From Octopus sinensis (lineage: Eukaryota): a stretch of DNA of 64,000 bases. Location of the stretch: assembly GCF_006345805.1 (NCBI RefSeq), contig NC_042997.1, positions 209,436,001 through 209,500,000 on the forward strand, given 5' to 3'. Each line of letters opens with the position of its first letter. Positions within the stretch are counted from its first letter, which is position 1. The position numbers and the translations under genes were made by a program. Shown here one piece after another: positions 59,449 to 64,000 of this stretch. Under the pieces are notes generated by a model, which did not search any database, was not told the origin of the DNA, and saw only the letters and a list, made by a program, of their open reading frames with translations.

Positions 59449-61999
59449 TCAGCTTTTGCCAAACAACCTGCACAAATGATTTGATTTATAGAGATCAAAT
59501 GTTTGTGCTGCACATTAGATACTCTCTATTAAATCGACATTGCCTGAACAGGTGTACAGGTGTGCCATGCGTCAGGTGTCAAAGTGATTGCAGAGCAATG
59601 TGGGATGAAGTGTTTTGCTCAAGAATACAATGCACCACCCGGTCTAAGAATTAGAATCACAATCACCAGATTGTGAGCGCAACACCCTAACCACTGGGTT
59701 ATGCGCTCTACCTATGTATATCATCATCATCATCATCATCACCATTGTTTAACATCTGCCTTCCATGCAGGCATGGGTTGGACGGTTTGACAGGGGCTGG
59801 CCAGGCTGGAGACTGCACTAGAGTCCTGTGTCTGTTTTGGCTTGGCTTTTACAGCTGGATGCCCTTCCTAACACCAAGTACCCAGCAGAGTGGACACACA
59901 CACACACACATGTGAGTGTGTGTGTCTCCACTCTGCTAGGTGATTGGTATGTGTCTATATGCAAACACAGACACACATACATACATATATACCATAGGCT
60001 CTTTCCAGTTTCCATCTATCATATCCGTTCACAAGGCATTGTTTGGCCAGGAACTATAGTAAAAAACAAGGTGCTACACAGTGGGACTGAACCTGAAACC
60101 ATATAGTTGGGGAGCAAACTTCTAAACCACACAACCATGCCTGTGCCATACTGGTTTTAAATAAATTTACAACATACAAACAGTTGGGTGGAGGTGCAAT
60201 GGCCCAGTGGTTAGGGCAGCGGACTCACAGTCATAGGATCATGGTTTCGATTCCCAGAACGGGTGTTGTGAGTGTTTATTGAGTGAAAACACCTAAAGCT
60301 CCACGAGGTTCCGGCAGGGGGTGGTGGCAAACCCTGCTGTACTCTTTCACCACAACTTTCTCTCGCTCTTTCTTCCTGTTTCTGTTGTACCTGTATTACA
60401 AAGGGGCCAGCCTTGTCACACTCTGTTTCATGCTGAATCTCCCCAAGAACTATGTTAGAGATACTCGTATCTGTGGAGTACTCGGCCACTTGCTTGTTAA
60501 CTTCATGAGCAGGTTGTTCTGTTGATCGGATCAACTGGAACCCTCGTTGTCATAACCAATGGAATGCCACGATAACAGTTGGATTAACTCCAAGTCAGCC
60601 CCAGTTGACAAAAACATAATCAAGGATAATCAAACCACGACCAATCTTTTCAGTCAATGCATAACAACAATAACACGAACAATAACAAAATATTTTATCT
60701 CTTTTTCTTTTTAATCGTGTTTCCATTTCAAATAAACAGTCTTTCTCCTGCGCCTGTGTCTTTCGTCTCAGCTAAACTCCCATCTCCACGAATCACATGA
60801 AAACCTTGTCTGTCTGTCAGTCAAACATTCAGACTATTTATTTCCAATGGTTAATTACCATATCTCTGTGTGTCAATCACAGACACACTGTTTAACAAAG
60901 CACCAGTTGAATAATTACCTTATTGTTTAACGAGCTCACATGTTTTCAGCTTTATTCTTTTATAAATGTCTCCTTTTCATTCATGGCTGTGTGGTTAAGC
61001 AGCTCTTTTCCCAACCATGAGGGTTGGAGTTCCATCCTACTGCACAGGTGTCTATATTAAAACTGAGCAGGGGTCTTATATCAAAGACCTTATATTAAAG
61101 ACCTGAGCAAGTGTCTTATATCAAAACTTTGGGCCAACTAAAGCCTTATAAGTACAAATGGAAACTGAAAGAAGCCCATCATATATATGCATGTGTTTGT
61201 GTGCTTATGTGTGTGTGTTTCCTTGTCTAGACATCACAAGCTGGTTGTAAACAAGCATCATTGTCATACAACTGGTGTTGTTTGTTGCTAGTAGGTGCAG
61301 TAGTGGCTGTGTGGTAAGTAGCCTTCTTACCAACCACATGGTTGTGGGTTCAGTCCCACTGCATGGCACCTTGGGCAAGTGTCTTCTACTATAGCCTCAG
61401 GCCGATCAAAGTCTTGTGAGTGGATTTGGTAGACGAAAACTGAAAGAAGCCTGTCGTATATATGTATGTATATATATGTGTGTCCGTGTGTGTGTATGTG
61501 TGTGTTTATGTGTTTGTGTTTGTCCCCAAACATTGTCTGACAACCGATAGTGGTGTGTTTACGTCCCTGTAACTTAGCGGTTCGGCAATAAGAGACTGAT
61601 AGTATAAGTACTAGGCTTGCAAAGAATAAGCCCTGGGGTCGATTTGCTCAACTAAAGGTGGTGCTCCAGTATAGCCACAGTCAAATGACTGAAACAAGTA
61701 AAAGAGTAAAAGAGTAATTCATGAAGAACATGTCTGGTCAAGGGAAAATATTACCTTGCTTAGAAACTGGGGGGAGGGTTAGTGACAGGAAGAGTACCTG
61801 GACATAGAGAATCGGCCTCAACAAATTCCATCTGACTTTATACACGCATGGAAAAGTGGACATTAAAATGATGATGGTCATGATGATGATAATGATGATG
61901 ATGATGATGACGATGACGACGATGATGATGACGATGATGATGATCTGTACTTTCTTTCTCTTTCTCACCAGCCTGGAACATCACTTTCTATTCCATGCT

Positions 62000-62230
62000 T
62001 GACCCGCTGATTGCCAGGGAGTCCCTCACCAATACACTCCAGCCCCTGGTCCATAGACATGCTGCTATCTCCTCAAACTGCTTTTCATTACTGCTGCTTC
62101 TCAGAGCTGGATAATTTCATGCCACACAAATCTTGCACAAATCACTAGATCCTTTCTTCACAGAATTTCGTCCCTCTGGAATCCCACAACCATACTTAGA
62201 GATTTCCCCTTCAGCCTGTAACCCACATCT
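62000..62230 (+). mobile_element. Possible degenerate Jockey/I-type LINE 3' end
   Basis: Weak peptide RSFLHRISSLWN...FP. Confidence 0.3.
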
Positions 62231-63409
62231 CTCGTCCAGAATATTCTTTTCTACTTTAGGCATATGGCCTAAAATTCTTTGGCTAGTCTATTAGATCGAC
62301 CCCAGTACGCAACTGGTACTTAATTTATTGACGCCGAAAGGATGAAAGGCAAAGTCAACCTCGGTGGAATTTGAACTCAGAACATAAAAGACAGACGAAA
62401 TACCACTAAGCATTTCGCCCAGTGTGCTAACGTTTCTGGCAGCTCACTGCCTTAGTTAAACTATATATTCTTTTCTACTCTAGGCACAAAGCCTGAAATT
62501 TTTGAGAAGTGAGCTAGTCGATTAGATTGACCCCAGAATGCAACTGGTACTTAATTTATCGACCTTGAAAGGACGAGAGGTAAAGTCGACCTCGGCAGAA
62601 TTTGAACTCAGACGAAATATCTATTTCTTTACTACCCACAAGGGGCTAAACACAGAGAGGACAAACAAGGACAGACAAATGTATTAAGTCAATTACATCG
62701 ACCCCAGTACGCAACTGGTACTTAATTTATCGACCCCGAAAGGATGAAAGGCAAAGTCGACCTCAGTGGAATTTGAACTCAGAACGTAGTGGCAGATGAA
62801 ATACCTTTAAGCATTTCGCCCGGCATGGTATTGATCTGCTGGAAGCTGTCCACAGACATGCAACCAGACAAATACTGTCAGTCAGTCACTTATCGTATTT
62901 TGAACATCTTGCTTCTCTGGGCATCGACATACAACAGTTTCGACATGTAGCAGTTGACTTTGTAGAAGCCAACAAGATTATTCCCCATCTTTACAACTAC
63001 TATTTTGGCCATGTATTGAACTCAATATCTCTACCAAACAATGCAGCACCCATAGGAGGCACAATGGCCCAGTGGTTAGGGCAGCGGACTCACGGTCAGA
63101 GGATCGTGGTTTTGATTCTCAGACCGGGCGTTGGGGGTGTTTATTGAGTGAAAACACCTAAAGCTCCACAAGGCTCCGGCAGGGGGGTGGGTGACCCCTG
63201 TTGTACTCTTTCGCTCCAACTTTCTCTCACTCTTTCTTCCTGTTTCTTATCCCTGACTTCCTACACAACCGCTGAGCCTAGATGCGCATTCATCCATCCG
63301 TCGATGCTCTCGGTGTCGTGGGTTGACCTGCTTTCTCTTCTACAGGTCTTACGAATAGCAAAGGACCACGATTCGGACTTCTCCCACTGCGAGCTCTGGG
63401 ACGAAGACC

Positions 63410-63535
63410 ACTTCGCTCAACAGCACAGCAGCTCCCACAACTTTCAGGAACTTATTTTTCACACTCAGAATTATTGAAGCATGAAATAAGCCACCCGCAT
63501 CAGTTGTTATCTGTCAGGACACTGCATCCTTCAAA
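63410..63535 (+). mobile_element. Short CR1 3' fragment related to 7490-7600
   Basis: cagcacagcagctcccacaactttcagg...tttttcacactcagaatt...gcatccttcaaaa matches the 7215 copy. Confidence 0.6.
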
Positions 63536-64000
63536 AATTTTATCATCATCATCATCATTGTTTAATGTCCATTTTCCATACTGGCATGGGTTGTATGGTT
63601 TGACTGAGGTCTAGAGCGCCAGGAGGCTGCACCAGGCTCTAAAAATTCACTAACACTGCCCCCGACATGCCCATCCACCCTTTCCTCTTTATAACTCTTT
63701 TAATGGTCACTTCTCTATCTTTTTATGTTTTGCTGTGTATGCACTTCTGTGCCCTTCTAGCTTTCATTTCGCTTCTTTCTTTACATGACTTATATGTCTG
63801 CTTTCTGTTCCTTCTTTCACCTATTTCTAACGAGTTGTAGCACACCTGAGCATGGCATGCCATACACTTATTATGATAATTATTATCATTACACACCTGG
63901 TGCCCTTTCTTTGAATGTAGTTTGTGATGTTTACAACAACACTGGTGAGGGAACAGCTTTAATCATACGTCTGCTTGATCAGGGGCTGACCTAATGTTAA

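Noticed and set aside
55800-64000. A divergent neighbouring gene upstream of MTHFD1
   Set aside because: No exon chain with protein similarity could be assembled; the region is mostly SINE/LINE fragments. Small or non-coding exons cannot be excluded.

Overview
Eukaryotic, repeat-dense genomic DNA. The SINE/LINE repertoire looks like octopus (Octopodidae); this rests on my recall of these repeat families, not on a search. One host gene is present, on the minus strand: the first 10 coding exons of a C1-tetrahydrofolate synthase (MTHFD1-type) gene. It runs from the ATG at 55523 to an exon ending at 1843, has a 31 kb first intron, and continues beyond the left edge of the window. All exons were found by reading the minus strand for GT-AG-bounded FolD-like peptides, and their phases join without a break (935 nt, 311 codons plus 2 nt). 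The rest is transposon material: RTE, CR1 and RLE-type LINE fragments, at least three SINE families, mariner/Tigger/Helitron-type non-autonomous elements, micro- and minisatellites, and a 2.2 kb complex satellite. The most notable observations are: (1) a perfect 259 bp x2 palindrome in intron 1 whose arms each encode an apparently intact type I hammerhead ribozyme; (2) a second family of tRNA-headed elements carrying a hammerhead motif, which form inverted cassettes, one with a 12 bp target-site duplication; (3) an MTHFD1 dehydrogenase/cyclohydrolase domain that has lost many NADP-binding and dehydrogenase residues while keeping K56/Q100/D125, and whose GHN motif could be restored to canonical GRS by two A-to-I edits. 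Exon, TIR, TSD and palindrome coordinates were counted by hand; most other repeat boundaries are approximate.
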